Origin: Vitrella brassicaformis CCMP3155
Lineage: Eukaryota; Protista; Chromerida
Assembly (NCBI GenBank): GCA_001179505.1
Contig: CDMY01000281.1
Coordinates: 62,001-126,000, forward strand
Direction of reading: 5' to 3'
DNA: 64,000 nt
A model generated the notes under the pieces. That model ran no database searches and was not told where the DNA came from. It worked only from the letters and a program-made list of their open reading frames with translations. The translations under genes and the position numbers were made by a program. This document shows, one piece after another, positions 50,302-63,570 of this stretch; the stretch's first letter is position 1, and each line of letters starts with the position of its first letter.

Positions 50302-51384
50302 TCATCTCTGGTAGTGAGCCCTCCACACCCTTGTCTCAATGTCCTCGCCCAGCAGCCGCCTGGTCGCCTCGCGAGTCCCCTCGGACGGCAGCCCCTCAGT
50401 CGTGCATATCGTGACCGAGCAGCTCGAGGCCCGTCCGGTCGCCCACTCGCACAGATGCATCACGGCTACATGACCCCCCTCGACCCCGGAAGTGAGCGGA
50501 ATCAGCCGGTGGTGGTCATGGTGCCTGCGCTTCTTGTCGTACACATGCGTCTGTGTCGACTCGGTGTGGCCATCACTGGCAGCATCTTCGCTGCTTTGGG
50601 TTTTGAGCAGCGCACGCACCTTCCTGGAGCAAGGGGACGACGGCCGGAAGCTGCACGAGTACCGGCGGTGCTCAGACTGGTTGATGCTGCTCCGAGAGAA
50701 CAGAGCGACGAGGGCGAAGGCCACCATGCAGGCGTATGTGGGATGCACGTCGCCAACGAGCTCTGTCGGGGGGTTGCCGGGGTCGAATGAGTCCACCGGA
50801 AAGAGGTCGCTGGGCCTGTCGTGGACGACGCACGGGGCATAGGCATAGCTGTACGGCCGAAGCAGAGAATCTCCCTCCATCACTCGGAAGGCCCTCCCAG
50901 TGTCAGGATCCTCCAGGGTCAGCTCCTGCGACAGCAGCTTCCACTGCCGCACAGCTGCAGGCAATCGTAGGTATGCGTGGAGCCTCGTAAAGGCCGCAAA
51001 GGTGGCGTCGGTGAGCACCAGCGGCTGTTTCTTCCGCATGAAGAACAGCAGCGCCAGATGGGTCCTCCAAATCCTCCAATCGCCTCCATATTCCAGAAGC
51101 CACAGCCGCCTGATCAGCCTCTGAACCAACTCTGCGGTCCCGCCATACTCATTTCGGTGCGAGGGGAGCTGTGGGATGGGCACGACAAGAGACTCTCCGA
51201 AGCCGAGGGATTCCACAAAGGCTGCCAGACGGGCTTGGAGGTACTCGACACCCAGCAAATGCCACCGTCGCCTGTCCACCAGCCGGAGAGTGAGAACGAC
51301 GGCAAGATCTCGGAGGGGAAGGTACCAAGTGACGATGGACTTCTTCAACTCATCAGGAACCGCCGCCCACAGTGACTCACTCAT
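50302..51384 (-). CDS. Intronless lineage-specific protein with F-box-like N-terminus
   Basis: Uninterrupted ORF of about 360 aa. AVPDELKKSIVTWYLPLRDLAVVLTLRLVDRR fits an F-box-like pattern. First ATG at 51384. Confidence 0.75.
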   Translation of the reverse strand: MSESLWAAVPDELKKSIVTWYLPLRDLAVVLTLRLVDRRRWHLLGVEYLQARLAAFVESLGFGESLVVPIPQLPSHRNEYGGTAELVQRLIRRLWLLEYGGDWRIWRTHLALLFFMRKKQPLVLTDATFAAFTRLHAYLRLPAAVRQWKLLSQELTLEDPDTGRAFRVMEGDSLLRPYSYAYAPCVVHDRPSDLFPVDSFDPGNPPTELVGDVHPTYACMVAFALVALFSRSSINQSEHRRYSCSFRPSSPCSRKVRALLKTQSSEDAASDGHTESTQTHVYDKKRRHHDHHRLIPLTSGVEGGHVAVMHLCEWATGRASSCSVTICTTEGLPSEGTREATRRLLGEDIETRVWRAHYQR

Positions 51385-51738
51385 CCTCCGCACTTCTTCG
51401 ATATGGGATGAGGAAGTGGTACCGCGCTGATAGCAGCTGCCGGCGTTAGGTCCATTGCCTTCGCGTGGAGCTAAGCTCGCATGGGGGCGATCGCGTTGCC
51501 CCCAGCATCGTTTTCGCGAGAAGAATCGTTTCGAGCGAGAAGAATCACCGCCTCCCGCCCTTGTACCTGCTAATTGCGGGAGCTGCAGAGCCTTTTGCCG
51601 TGTTTTTGCACCATGTTCCCGGTTCCACCCCCTCCTCCCCCGTCAGTCGGCTCATTCCAGGGCAAGACCGCCCCACTACCCCATCAGCGGCCTTATGTGG
51701 GCCCCCCCGGTCCTCTGCCATAGTTCGGAAGGCCGCCA

Positions 51739-53374
51739 ATGCCGGTCACGCCGCCCAACGGGCGCTTCGTCCTGACGGTGCTGCAGAGAGGTCCTGGACC
51801 GGCCAGGCAGTCGCCTTTGCCACCCCCGCCCTCCATGCTAGGGTTTACACCGCCCACACCCCTGTCGGGCTGCCCGTCGGCCCGACACCGGACGCCGGCT
51901 GTCCCGTTTGTGCCGCCGAAATTCATCGCTCAACCTATTGTCAAGGTCGGTCAGTGCTTCTTCACGCTTCGGTCTTTTCTGCACTGCATGAGCTTCACAC
52001 GTGTGTGTGTCCTTTGGTCGCTGTGAGCAGGAGAGAGTCATCGAGATCGAGAAACACGAGATCGAGGAGCAGGTCGTGGAACTGCCCCAAACCGTGTACA
52101 AGGAGAAGTTCGTTGAGGTACCCAAGAAGGTACGCCTGTGTCAGACAGACAGACAGACAGACTGTCGGTCATATCTCCTTCCGCTAACAGGTCATCCAGC
52201 ATCGTATAGTTTATGTTCGCAAGCCTCGGGTGAATCGGGAGCCTTATCGGGTGAGCAGACTGTAGGAAAGATGGGCAGACGAGAGCACAGACGGGAGGAA
52301 AGACACACGCGTCTCCTCTCCTTGACCTGCGTCTTCCTTTCTCAGCCTGTCCAGGCCCATCGCATGGCCAGTGTGCAGCCACCGATGGACAGGAATATGG
52401 TGTCGTTGCAGAGACCGGTGGGCGAGAGACACCTGCTTACCAGCCACCGACAGACAGCATGACGTGTTATGTCTCTCTCCTTGTCTCTCCTTTGTGCAGG
52501 GTGTGCACGGCGCTGCTTTGGTGAGCCCACGTCTGCCTCACGTGCGCCCGCCAACTTTCGAGCACATGGCAAGCAAGAGCAAAGGAACCGTGATGGCTCA
52601 TGTCCATTTGTGCACATGCGCAGATGAGTAACCCGTTTGCGGCTCCGCCCCCGGCGCATGGTCCGTCGCGCAGGCTGGAGCATCTGTGGTCGCATCCTCC
52701 GCCGCCAGTCGAGACGGGGGTGCCGACGGTGGCGCGGGACATGGGAAGGGCCCCGGGTGTTGGCGATGTCGGTGGCATGGCCATGCCGCCCATGGGAACA
52801 CCGGCCAGGGTGGTGCAGTACGGTCAGACTGGTGCTGTTCGACAGGGAGCTGGCGGGACCTGCCTGACAGTTGGTAGTGGCATGGCGTCGCCCATGATGG
52901 CGCCCAGGACGAGCCACCAGTACACGCAGGCTGGCGCTGGTCGGGAGGCATCGCACGGCACATCCCTGACACACACGTGAGCGGGGCAATTGAGCTGACA
53001 CAGGGAGGGAGAGACGAGGCAGAGACAGAGAGACGTGAATGATGTGTGTTTATGTGTCTCCCGTGGGCTGTGTGTGCGTGTGTATGCAGGCGTGACGGTT
53101 CCCGTTTGGTACGCGTGGACTTATCGTCTCCCAGTCGCAGAGTATGCTCCCCATGTTCGCCGCCGGTGTGTCCACCGTTGCTCCGCTCGCCGCCCCCTGC
53201 CCGGCCAGGCGGCCCGCTCAACCAGCGGCGCGGCAACACTGCCAGGCGACAGCCGCCCCTGCCGCCATACATGCGCCGCCGCTCGTGAGGCCAAGACAGA
53301 AGGAAGGAGACACGAAGAGGCAACGGCCCGAGGGTTTGTGCGTTCATGTGCATGAGGCAATCAATGCGACATAG
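51739..53374 (+). CDS. Alveolin/IMCp-repeat-containing Pro-rich protein
   Basis: FVPPKFIAQPIVK-ERVIEIEKHEIEEQVVELPQTVYKEKFVEVPKK-VIQHRIVYVRKP is the V/E/K/P-rich alveolin signature. The 3' exon structure is uncertain. Confidence 0.65.
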
Positions 53375-53399
53375 CTGCATGGAGCTATAGGCGTTGATT

Positions 53400-56300
53400 G
53401 GACATTCAGATTCGATTGGACTGTCGTCTCATGTGCTTGACGACACTTACCAGACCATGCATGCCATTGTCGAATTATCCACCGGCACGGCGTGCAGCAG
53501 GTGCAAAGAAACATGGTGCATTGAGAATGCGTGTGTGTTCGGTCCGTCAACGCCAGAGTGGCTTTATAGGCATTGATTGATTGAGTCGTGAGTCAGTCAA
53601 GGTCAGGCCTGACAGACAGGCGATAGTGTACCCATACAAACCGTATCTATGTACGGCTGGCATTGGCTGGGAGGGAGGCAGCTGGACAAACAGACAGACA
53701 GACAAGACAGGCACAAGGCAGACAGGGAGAGAGAGAGGGAGGGAGGGAGGGAGGGAAGGCCTCCACATGTGGAGGCCGGCCGAGTATACTGACTGCCACC
53801 TACGCGTGCTGATACATACTTATCTCACTGTGTGGTGTTAGGGGCACCACATCATGATGCATGGCATGCAGCCAGCCGGAGTTGGCCAGTGCACTCACCC
53901 ACTCAATCACTCAACCACTCCATCCATCCATCCGTGTGCTGTGCTGGCTGTCAAGGCCGGCCGATATCTTATCTTACAGGCAGCAACTTGAAGAGAGAGA
54001 CGTGCGTGCGCACGCACATATGAGCACGCACCATCATGATGCTCATCTACGCAGCAGCAGCAGCAGCAACATCCACCACACATAGGGAAAAGACCAGATG
54101 TACCTAACTACATCACGCACACACACACGCACAGACGCACACCCTGCGCAATGGCATCATTAATATGCGCCAATGCATCTGTGGTAAGTACGTACGCATC
54201 AACTAGGGCCATCAATCCATCCATCGACGCAAGAATCAAATCCACATGTGGTGCCCTTCTTCCCAGGCAGTCCGCACACGCTCACGCAACACACACAAAA
54301 CTGGTGGGGCCCTCCCCTCCCTCCATCCCTCCCGCCCCGCCGGCCATCGACCATGCCTGCCTCCATCCATGGGCGTGATTCCAAAATCGTAAAGCCCCCA
54401 TGCCCCTCTGGCACTGCTGCCCCTTTCTCTCTCTCCCCCTAGCTTGGTAGGATCCCCCGTGTGTGTGTGATGGAGGGATGGGATGGCTGGTGAGTGAGTC
54501 AGTGAGTGGCCAAAATGTCCAGACGGACAGACGGACAGACAGACAGAAAGGATATGGGAGACAGATGGATGGAGAGGAGAAAGGACGAAGGTACACGAAC
54601 AGGCCCGTGCGTTAATGACATCATCTGTCCGTCTGTGTGTACGTCGCTTCAAAAGCAGCCATCCAGCCATCCATCCATCCATCCAGCGGCGGGTGCATAA
54701 AAGTGCCCACCCCCACCCCCACCCCCACCCCCACCCACAGCACACAACAACAAGTGACCATCCGAGAGACGCCACGCACCTAAATCCACAATCGCCCACA
54801 ACAGACAGACAGACCGGCACATGACATCGTTCGTATGAAAAGACAAGACAAAAGAGCCAAGTACCGACAGACATCCGAGGCCCAAGGTTCTGTGCTGCCG
54901 GACAGACGGACGTGGGTGATCTGACGGCCCCTGTTTAAACTGACAGGCGGCGGTCAATCAACCCATCTGTCTGTCTGTCTGTCCTTCCTCCCTCCTTCAT
55001 GGCGGAGACAAAAAATGGTCTCCACTTTGCCCCCGAGCCATCCATCCATCCATCCAACAATTCTCAATCCGTTCCTTCCTCCTTTACCGTCCGTCCGGCC
55101 CTCCCTACGCATGCAGCCAAAACGGGTGTGTGTATGTGTGTGTGCATGTTGGTACCAATCTAGATACACATAGATAGACATTCGACACGACAGAGACGAG
55201 ACGAGACGAGACGACACGACACACTTACTCGTTGACGGGACGGCACGGATGGGAAATAGTATTATTGCGATCGACACGAACGGCACGAACGACACTTAGA
55301 CAGACCGACGAGCGACACAGAGAAGGCGGCAAAACAGAGAGCACGGTGGGTGGACCGGTGGCGACTGAGGAGGAGAGGAGAGGGGACAGAACGCAACAGC
55401 GACAATCGACCGATCCAACGCACCAAAAACGGACCGCATCACATTCAAGGCACATAGAGACAGACAGACAGACAGATAGCCCAGCATGGACAGCATGGCT
55501 GGGTGGTGCGATCGCTCAGGGGGGCAGACAGACAGACAGCAGACAAGGGGTCGGCAGGCGGGCAGGCAGGCAGGATGGATTGACGGACGGATGGATGGAT
55601 GAAGCAATCCGTCTCACCTCCCTTTCGTCTCATCTGCCCTCTCTATTCAGCCAGCCCTTGTTTGTGTCACGCCCCGAGATCAACAAAAAGGCCGATCACC
55701 GGCGGCATGACCCACTCACTCACTCACTCAGGTCACTCTACAGTACATAAGGGCCCAGCAGCCCTCACCTCCACATCCATCCATCCATCCATCGAGCGAC
55801 CGACCCGGGACCCTCCCTGTCTGCCTGCCGCCTGTCCGTTGCCTGCCGCCCCACCTGCCAGCGAGAGTACAGAGGAAAGAAGACAGAAAGCCATTGATTG
55901 AGAATACAGAAGGTAGCTAGGTGGACAGAGAGACAGGTGAGAAGCGAGCCCTCATAGTGCATCCCTCCCTCCCTCCCTCCCTCCCCCACACCTCCCTCAC
56001 ATCATTATAAGCACCCCCCGTCCCGTCCTGTACACACACCAACACACACATACAGATTTAGGCACGACACGCAACGCACGGAGAGGAGACGAGGAGCGCG
56101 ATCCATCTTGGCCAGCCAGCCAGCCAGCCAGCCAGGCCGCCCACCCTCTGCTGTGCTCTGCCCTCTTCTCCCATCAAGCAATCGACCGGGCAGGCAGGCA
56201 GGCAGGCAGGCAGACAGCAGAAAAAAACCTCACAGACATGTAGTTCGTTTGGCTGTATGCTGATCTATGCAGTGTGATGTGATGTAATGTGATGTGGTGC

Positions 56301-56500
56301 AGGTGGTGAGCGAAATGACCACAGGAGGAAACATCCCCCTTCCAGCCATCCCCCCTCTAGCCATCCATCGAGAGTGAGAAAGAGATAATGAGACAGAGAC
56401 AGACAGAGAGAAGGGCGAGACGAGAGCGAACAGATAGAAAGAGCGGTCAGGAGGAGAGCTCCTGGGGACAGACAGAGAGGGAAAGCAAGCACAAACAACC
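53400..56500. repeat. Microsatellite-rich intergenic/3' region between convergent genes
   Basis: (CCAT)n, (AGAC)n, (GGCA)n, (GACGA)n and (CA)n tracts. No convincing exon. Confidence 0.65.
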
Positions 56501-56518
56501 ATGGAATGATGTGTCTGT

Positions 56519-59500
56519 CTATGACGTGTGCTGACTTGTGTGTTTCCTGAGTGGTTCACCCACCAGGTACTTTTCTTGCAGCAGAAGGAAGGCCATAGCG
56601 TTCGAAAAGGCTGTACCCCTGGCCAACACAACCAACACACAAAGAAGCATAGCATTGCCCCTAACCGACAGACAGACAGCCTGCCCCTCCCTCTCCCTCC
56701 CTGACCCACCTGATCGAGACGACGGCAAAGGACCCCCCCGACCCTCCCCCGATGACAGGCTGCCTGTTGACGGTCAGCTCAGCCCCCGTCCGGCTCATAA
56801 TGTAGGCCAAAGTGGTGGTGGGGGGGCCCACGGTAGATGCAGCGGCGGGGTCGGAGGGGTGCGGCGCCCACAGGGCCGACGCGCCGTTCCAGGGGAAGAG
56901 GACGTGCATCGTCGTCGGCCGCATCGACAGGGGCGGGTTGCCGCGGGACAGACCACTGCACATATCCACACATGCGTGGCGTCACGCAACGCAACACACG
57001 ACACACTGTGTGTGAGGGCGTGGCTTACGTACCTGATGCTGTTTGCCATGAGCATGAAGTGGTCAGGCTGTATCTGTGAGAAGGCCGCGGCGTCGCCCGC
57101 CGCCCCGCCCACACCACCACCAGCCCCATAGGCCCCCTGGAGCATGGCGGGGTGCAGCTGGCCGGCCATGGCGGGGCCGGGCGGGGGGGAGGGGCTCGTG
57201 ACGATGCCTGACCCCTCGTCGATCGACCTCTCCTGAAGCATCTCGTACACCTGACGGACGGACGGATGGAAAAGACGAGACGAGTGAGTTTGGGACTGTG
57301 TGTGTGTGTGTGTGTGTCTTTGTTACGATTTGGCACGCTTTGGCTCTGGCGAGAGGTGGGCCGGTGATGGTCAGGATGCTGGCGGACACAGACAGACAGA
57401 CAGACAAACAGACAGGTGTGTGTGTGACACATCTGACTGACATTGGGTCGTTGGCGCGCTCACCGCTCGTCAGTGCTGCTCTCCCTCTGCTCGCCCTTCT
57501 GGATCGACGCACCTGCAGCCGACACACACACACACACACACACACATACACAGTTGTTGACCGATAGCCAGCCATGGTGTGGCTGGGCTGTGTTGTGTGT
57601 ACCTGAGAGCCTCTGTATGCTCTGCACTTGAGACCCGGATCGGCCGATGAGGTGGGGAAAGACCATGGACGGCAGCAGCAGCCGCAGCGTGGGCGTCGGG
57701 CTGTTGCGCGTCTCCAGACACTGACACAGCATGTGCAGCGCCTGCACGATGGCCAGAGATACACACACACACACACACACACGCACACACGTATCAACAC
57801 ACCTTGCCGCCATGCGTGTGTCTTGTGTGTGTGGTGAGATGTGGTGTGTTGACCTTGCTCATGGCCTGCCATGTGCCCATGACGTCGATAACCTTGTCGC
57901 CCGGGTCGCAGGGCGGCACCGGCCCGTCGCCGATCTCCACCGTGGCCGTCGACTCGCTACGCACCTGCTTGATGTGAGCACCCTGGATATTGACACACAA
58001 CACAACCAGACAGACAAAGAATGACAACACCGAGCCGAGTGTGGTGTGGTGTGGCGTGGGTCGTCTCACTCACCTGCTTGCCGACGATCCAGCCCGTCTC
58101 CTCCTTGGTCACCACGAGCTTGGCTATCACATTCGACTTCCACGACGGGTGCAAACGAGTCGCTACTGCACGACAGACAGACACCCCACACGCGCGCACA
58201 CACAGATGGACGGACAGCCATGCCACCGTTGGTTGCGCCGTTTGCGCCATCCATCCATGCCATGCCGCCCCACTTCACTGACCAATGTTGCCCGATGCCA
58301 AAGGGTGTGCGGCCACGATGGGTGTGGGGGGCTGGCCTGCGCCCCCGGCAGCGGAGAGGAAGCCATTAGGGAGCGGGCCAGGGCCCGCCGGCTGCGAGCT
58401 GGGGTGGCCGCCCATGCCCATCTGGATGCCGGGATAGCTCGGGGGCGTCACCTGGCGCATACCCGACGACACACTCACCGGGCTGACGCTGGGGAACTTG
58501 GTAGGGTTGAGGTCTTCCCGTGTGATGCGGCCGCCCGCGAGCAGGTCAGCCAGGATGTTGTTGACGGCCGTCATGGCCGCCACGACGGCAGGAATCCGAC
58601 CAGTCACCGATATCCGCCGGTCGCTCACGCCGAACAACTGACATGACACACAAGACGAAACGACGAGCAGCATTGTGGCTGCCTGAGTGTGTGTGTGTGT
58701 GCGTGTGTACGTCTCTGGCGATCTGTATGTCGGCGCACGCCTCGACGCTGATGCTCTTGATCGTCGCCCCGCGCACACCGATAATCGCAGAACCTGACAC
58801 ACCACACACCACACACAGCAGGTGAGGTGAAAGGGCATTGATTTGATTGGTCTGGCAGACAGACAGACAGGCAGTCAGGCTCACATGCGGCGTCGGGCAC
58901 GACGAAGTAGAATGTAGAGGCGTGCGCCCCGTCCTCCTCCTCGAGATGCAGATCTTGCAGCGAATCCAGCACCAGAGTGCTGCTGTCGCCTCGGCCATAC
59001 CTGCACCACGCACACACAGTGTGTCGACGGCGTGGCGTCTGTGTGGTTCGCTCTCACACACACTCACCTGGTGCTATCAGCGCTGTCTGAAGGTACGGTG
59101 AGCGTGTGTGGTGTGCTGCTGTGCGAGAGCTCCCGCCTCCCCAGCTGCTTGAGCCGCTTCAGCACCAGAGCCAAAGCACGCTCCTTCTGCTGAGTGCTGC
59201 CCGTTATACGCACCACCTGACAGACAGACACACAGACAGACACAGGCCCAGAATGTGTGTGTGTGTGTGATCGGTTTGCTCGTGTGGTGTGATTGGATAC
59301 CTTTTCCTGGTGTGGCGACACGGTCCCTAGAGCATGGTGCTGCGCTATGATCCTCGCCTGCACCTGACAGACAGACAGACAGACCAACGTGTGTGTGGTT
59401 GGTCTGTCGTGGGTGTGCCTATCTGTGGTCGGTTCGTACCTCCCTCTCAAGTACGAGTATGTCAGCCCCCGACTGCTCCTTGATCTGCCGCACCACCGCC

Positions 59501-59799
59501 CCCTTGGACCCCACAATGAACCCCACACTCTCGGACGGCACCAGCAGTCGGTACGGCACCATGCCCTCCCTCCTCTCCCTCTCCACAGAATCCGACTCCC
59601 CCGGGTCGTCGTGGTGCGACGGCGGGCTCTTGGACACATCGTGGTGCGTGGGCGTCTCGGCGGTAGACTTGTCCATGCTGCCCTCGTCGAGTGCGTTGTT
59701 TGCGGCGGCCCCATTGCTGGCCTGGGCGCCGGCGTCCTCCTCGCCCATCCCGGCCCCTCCGCCCGCAGCCAAGGGTGCCGACGGGGGACTGCTACTCAT
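56519..59799 (-). CDS. Multi-KH-domain RNA-binding protein (four canonical KH plus one degenerate)
   Basis: GFIVGSKGAVV, SAIIGVRGATI, GWIVGKQGAHI and PHLIGRSGSQV carry GxxG loops. A fifth KH-like segment lacks GxxG. The stop position is uncertain. Confidence 0.85.
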
Positions 59800-60296
59800 C
59801 CAGCGGGGGATGAAGACGTACCCTTGACCCCTGATGGTGGGTATGGTGGGATGGTTGGTGAATGTGATGATCTGGTAAGTGGTGATCCACGCCACACAAC
59901 ACTGGATAGTCTTGGCGCAACGAAATGCGGGGAGCGGACTACAGGGACGGTGGGACAGCTGCGTGCGGCGCACAGGGGACGTCACGATGGGCTGGGGAAC
60001 GAAAATGAGGTCGCTGAACCGCCATTGTCGGCTTCGCCAAGGTGACAAACGAAAGTCAAGGCCACAAGCTGGGATGGGGCGCCCTGGCAGCCGGTTCGCC
60101 TCTGCCGCGATTGCGAGCCAGGATGTCTGAAGGACGAGCTTGGAGGCAGAGAAAGGGGAACCCGCCCCGAAGAGGCTCAAAGGCATACAGACGCGTCAGG
60201 AGAGCTATTCTCTTTCGGCAGATCTTTGATCATCACACCAGGTCTGGACACACAGAGAGATCTGTGAGTGAGTTCGAGCGTCCTCTCTCGTTGCTG

Positions 60297-60973
60297 ATGG
60301 CCAAGGGCAAGTTCAAGAAGCTGCGTGACACTACCCTGTCCCGCAAGGCCACGTCAACCTTCGGCAGCAAGGCGCGCGACACTGATGAGGTGGCCTTCTC
60401 GTTCCAGCAGTTCTTCATTGACCTGGTGGGGCACATACTCTATCGGCAGTTCCTGTTCCCATGCTACCCCGTCATGTGGCTGCTCTACGGCGGACGCAAG
60501 GGGGGATGGATGGCCATGAAGTAAGTGAGCTAAGCAGACAGGCAATCGAACGAACACTCACTGCAGTTGGTTGGTCGGTTGATCATGCTTGCCTCGCTGA
60601 CCCCGGCTGCTGCGGTGCACCGATTGGATGCCATCAGGAACCGGCATTTCCTGAGCTTCTCGTGGCACTCGTGGCTGCCTTTGCTCACTGTGTAAGCAAT
60701 GAGGGATGAGCCAGGCGCTGGTTCATTTTGTTTCATTGAGGCTTGTGTGTGTGTGTGTGTTGGTTGGTTGGTTGGTTGCCTGGCTGCAGTGTGTTCTACA
60801 TGATATCGTTTTACACTTACGTTTTGGGCCGTCCTGCGTCGGTCTACGCCATCGAGATCCTCCACATGGTGCTCGTGGTGCACCTGCACTCATTCACCGT
60901 CGCTGTTAAATACGGGTGGGTGCGGACCGCACTTAAGACAACACACAAACCCACACACAGAGGGAGGAGCACA

Positions 60974-61012
<39 letters not shown>

Positions 61013-63570
61013 CAGGTTTGTGTCGCGTCGCAGCTTCCGCGAGAGGCGAGAGCGGATGATCGACAACAACGAGTACGAGGAGGAAATGCTCATCAGCGGC
61101 TGGCTCAACGTCAAACCCTGCAGGGCGTGCGCTGAGCTCAGGGCCGCCACCGAACGGCTCAAGGTGGACCCCAATGCACGACTCAGATTCGCCATTGCCG
61201 AAGACAATGAAGGAGTGAGTGCGCGTGTGCGTGTGCAAGACAGAGAGAGACGGATTGTGTGTGTGTGTGTGTGCTTGTGTGTGTGTGGGTCATGTGTGTG
61301 TGTAGTTTGAGGACACGCAGCAGCTGATGCACTTCCTGTCGGGCGACCCCAAGGACTTCTACCACTGCAAGCACCTGCGGCCCTCACAGCTGCCCCCAGA
61401 CGACATCGAGCAGGGCACCGCCAACGACACAACTACCGACACGACCACAAACACGTCCTCCTCGCTCCCACGGGCGCCGTCAGAAGTCAGGAAGCGGACC
61501 GCCACGTCGAGTGTGTGCACCGAACTGGTGCTCTACGACCTGCCGATGATCAAGGTGGCGCATTACATCGTGGCCAACGTCATCCAGTACGGGCGTGTTG
61601 CCAAGCACACGATGGTGGGGCTGGGCGTGATTGCTTTCTTGACGACGCTCTTCCCGGGGATTGCGCGGATGGTCAACGGCTATGGCTTCTTCGGAAGCGA
61701 CGCTGCGGTGGGTCGGTCGGCCACATATAATAACAGAATACAGGGAGGGCGGGGAGGAGGGGAGCGTGGCTGTATCTCTGTCTGTCTGTCTGTCTGTCTG
61801 TCTGGTTCTCTTGGTTTGTCAGTCGTATGTGGTGGTGGCGTGCGGCATCGTCCCTATCTTCTTCTACACTTGGGTGAATTATATGTTCCTCATCACCGCA
61901 CACGCGTAAGAACACTACACCAGCCTGCCACCACAAGCCCTGCGTGAGGGACACAAACACTTTGTGTCTGTCCATGCGATGCGTTTGCCTCTCCTCCATC
62001 CATCCTATCAGTGACTTCGCGCGTCGGTGCACGTTGATGGCCTGCTGCGGCGGGCTGCTGACGCGTGACGAGGAGGACAAGGAGAGGGAGGTGCTGCAGG
62101 CCAGGGGCATGGGGGCCCTGCCTGTCCTGGACCTGGCGGACGTGTCAACCGTGCGGACGTTCCTCACACTCCGGAGGGTCCTCAAAGACTGGGGTGAGTG
62201 AGCGGGGGAGGGAGTGACACAAGCGTCTGGGTGTGTCTGTCATCGGGGGTCGATCACTGTCTGCCTGCCTGCCTTGTGTGTGCGTATGTATGTGGTATGG
62301 GCAGGTCGGCGGTATCTTCAGCGGATCACGATGTTCATCGGCTGTTTCTTCGTCGTCAATGTGGCGCTCATTGCGTGGTTCCTCTATGAGGTGAGAGTGA
62401 GTTCAGCAGCGGGGCCCCCGCCTCCACCACACAATACAAGGACATGCCAGGATCTGGCTGTATGTCTCTCTTTGTGTGTGCCTTTCCTCGATGGCTCAGC
62501 TCTACGCGCGCAAGGTGTTCGAGATACAGACCGTCATTATAGCAGGTGAGTGAGTGGATGGTGGGGGGGTCCACAGGACAGGCCACACACACAACACAAG
62601 AAAGATGACCTCTATCTCGCACACCACACCTGCCCGCTCGCAGGGACGCACAACCTTTTGCTGGGTGCGATCTTCATCTTCCTTGTCTTCAACGGCATGA
62701 CCATCAACAAGAGCGGCGAGCGACACTCATTCCTCCTCGTCAGACACCAGGACCGCATCGCCGCCATGATCCAGCTGCGACTCAAGGAACTCGCCGGCGA
62801 GCGGTGGCCACACAGCGGAGAGGAGGACGACCCTGCTGATGACCCAGCAGCAGCAGCGGACAGTGACACAAACAAGAAGACAGCAGAGGAGAGGGCCAAG
62901 TGTGTGGTGGACAGGGTGGAGCACGCCGGCACGGCATCGCAGGCATTGCCGACGGTGGCTTCGCTGCCCCCGGCTGTCAGGAGCTCGACGCGGGCAGACA
63001 GCATCACCAGCGACACAACATCCAGCAAGACACTCGGTGAGCCAGCTGGCTGCAGGGCAAGAACCAACCACACACACACACAGTCTCGATATGTTTGTTC
63101 TGGCAGACGGGCTTCTCTCCCCCCGTCAGCTGCCCACCCAGCCGTCCTCTTCGCTCAAGTGGACGAAGGCAGACACCAACCTCAGCGCGCTTCCCCCACC
63201 CAGCAGCGAGTCGCAGCAGCTGCAGACGCAGCAGCCGAGCAGCTACAACCAGGTCATGCAGGTGGACCCGGTGCTATATGAGCTGACCCTTGCCAAGGAC
63301 AGGCTACAGATGCTCGAGCACGAGATCAAGCTTGACGGGGACGAGGCGCCCATATCCATCTTGGGCTTCAAAGCAGGTGGGTGGGGGCGTGTGGGTGGGT
63401 GGGAGAGAGGATGCTGGCTGGAACGTCTCGTGTATGCCCGTGTGTGTGCGTGCGTGTGTGTGTCTGTGCTGGGTCGATCAGAGATGGAGCTGCTGAGAGC
63501 GGTCAGCGTGATCCCCATCGCGACGGTGACGGCCATCAGCGAGTTCTGGCTCAATGAAAGGGGGGCGTGA
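60297..63570 (+). CDS. PHTF-like multi-pass membrane protein
   Basis: LPVLDLADVSTVRTFLTLRRVLKDWGRR and the C-terminal LQMLEHEIKLDGDEAPISILGF...LLRAVSVI resemble the PHTF1/2 C-terminal region ([40 protein letters not shown]). Several TM segments. Confidence 0.6.

Noticed and set aside
51481-51550. Small GC hairpin and duplicated TCGTTT...GAGAAGAA as a structural RNA
   Set aside because: Too short and matches no tRNA or snRNA pattern; probably promoter sequence.
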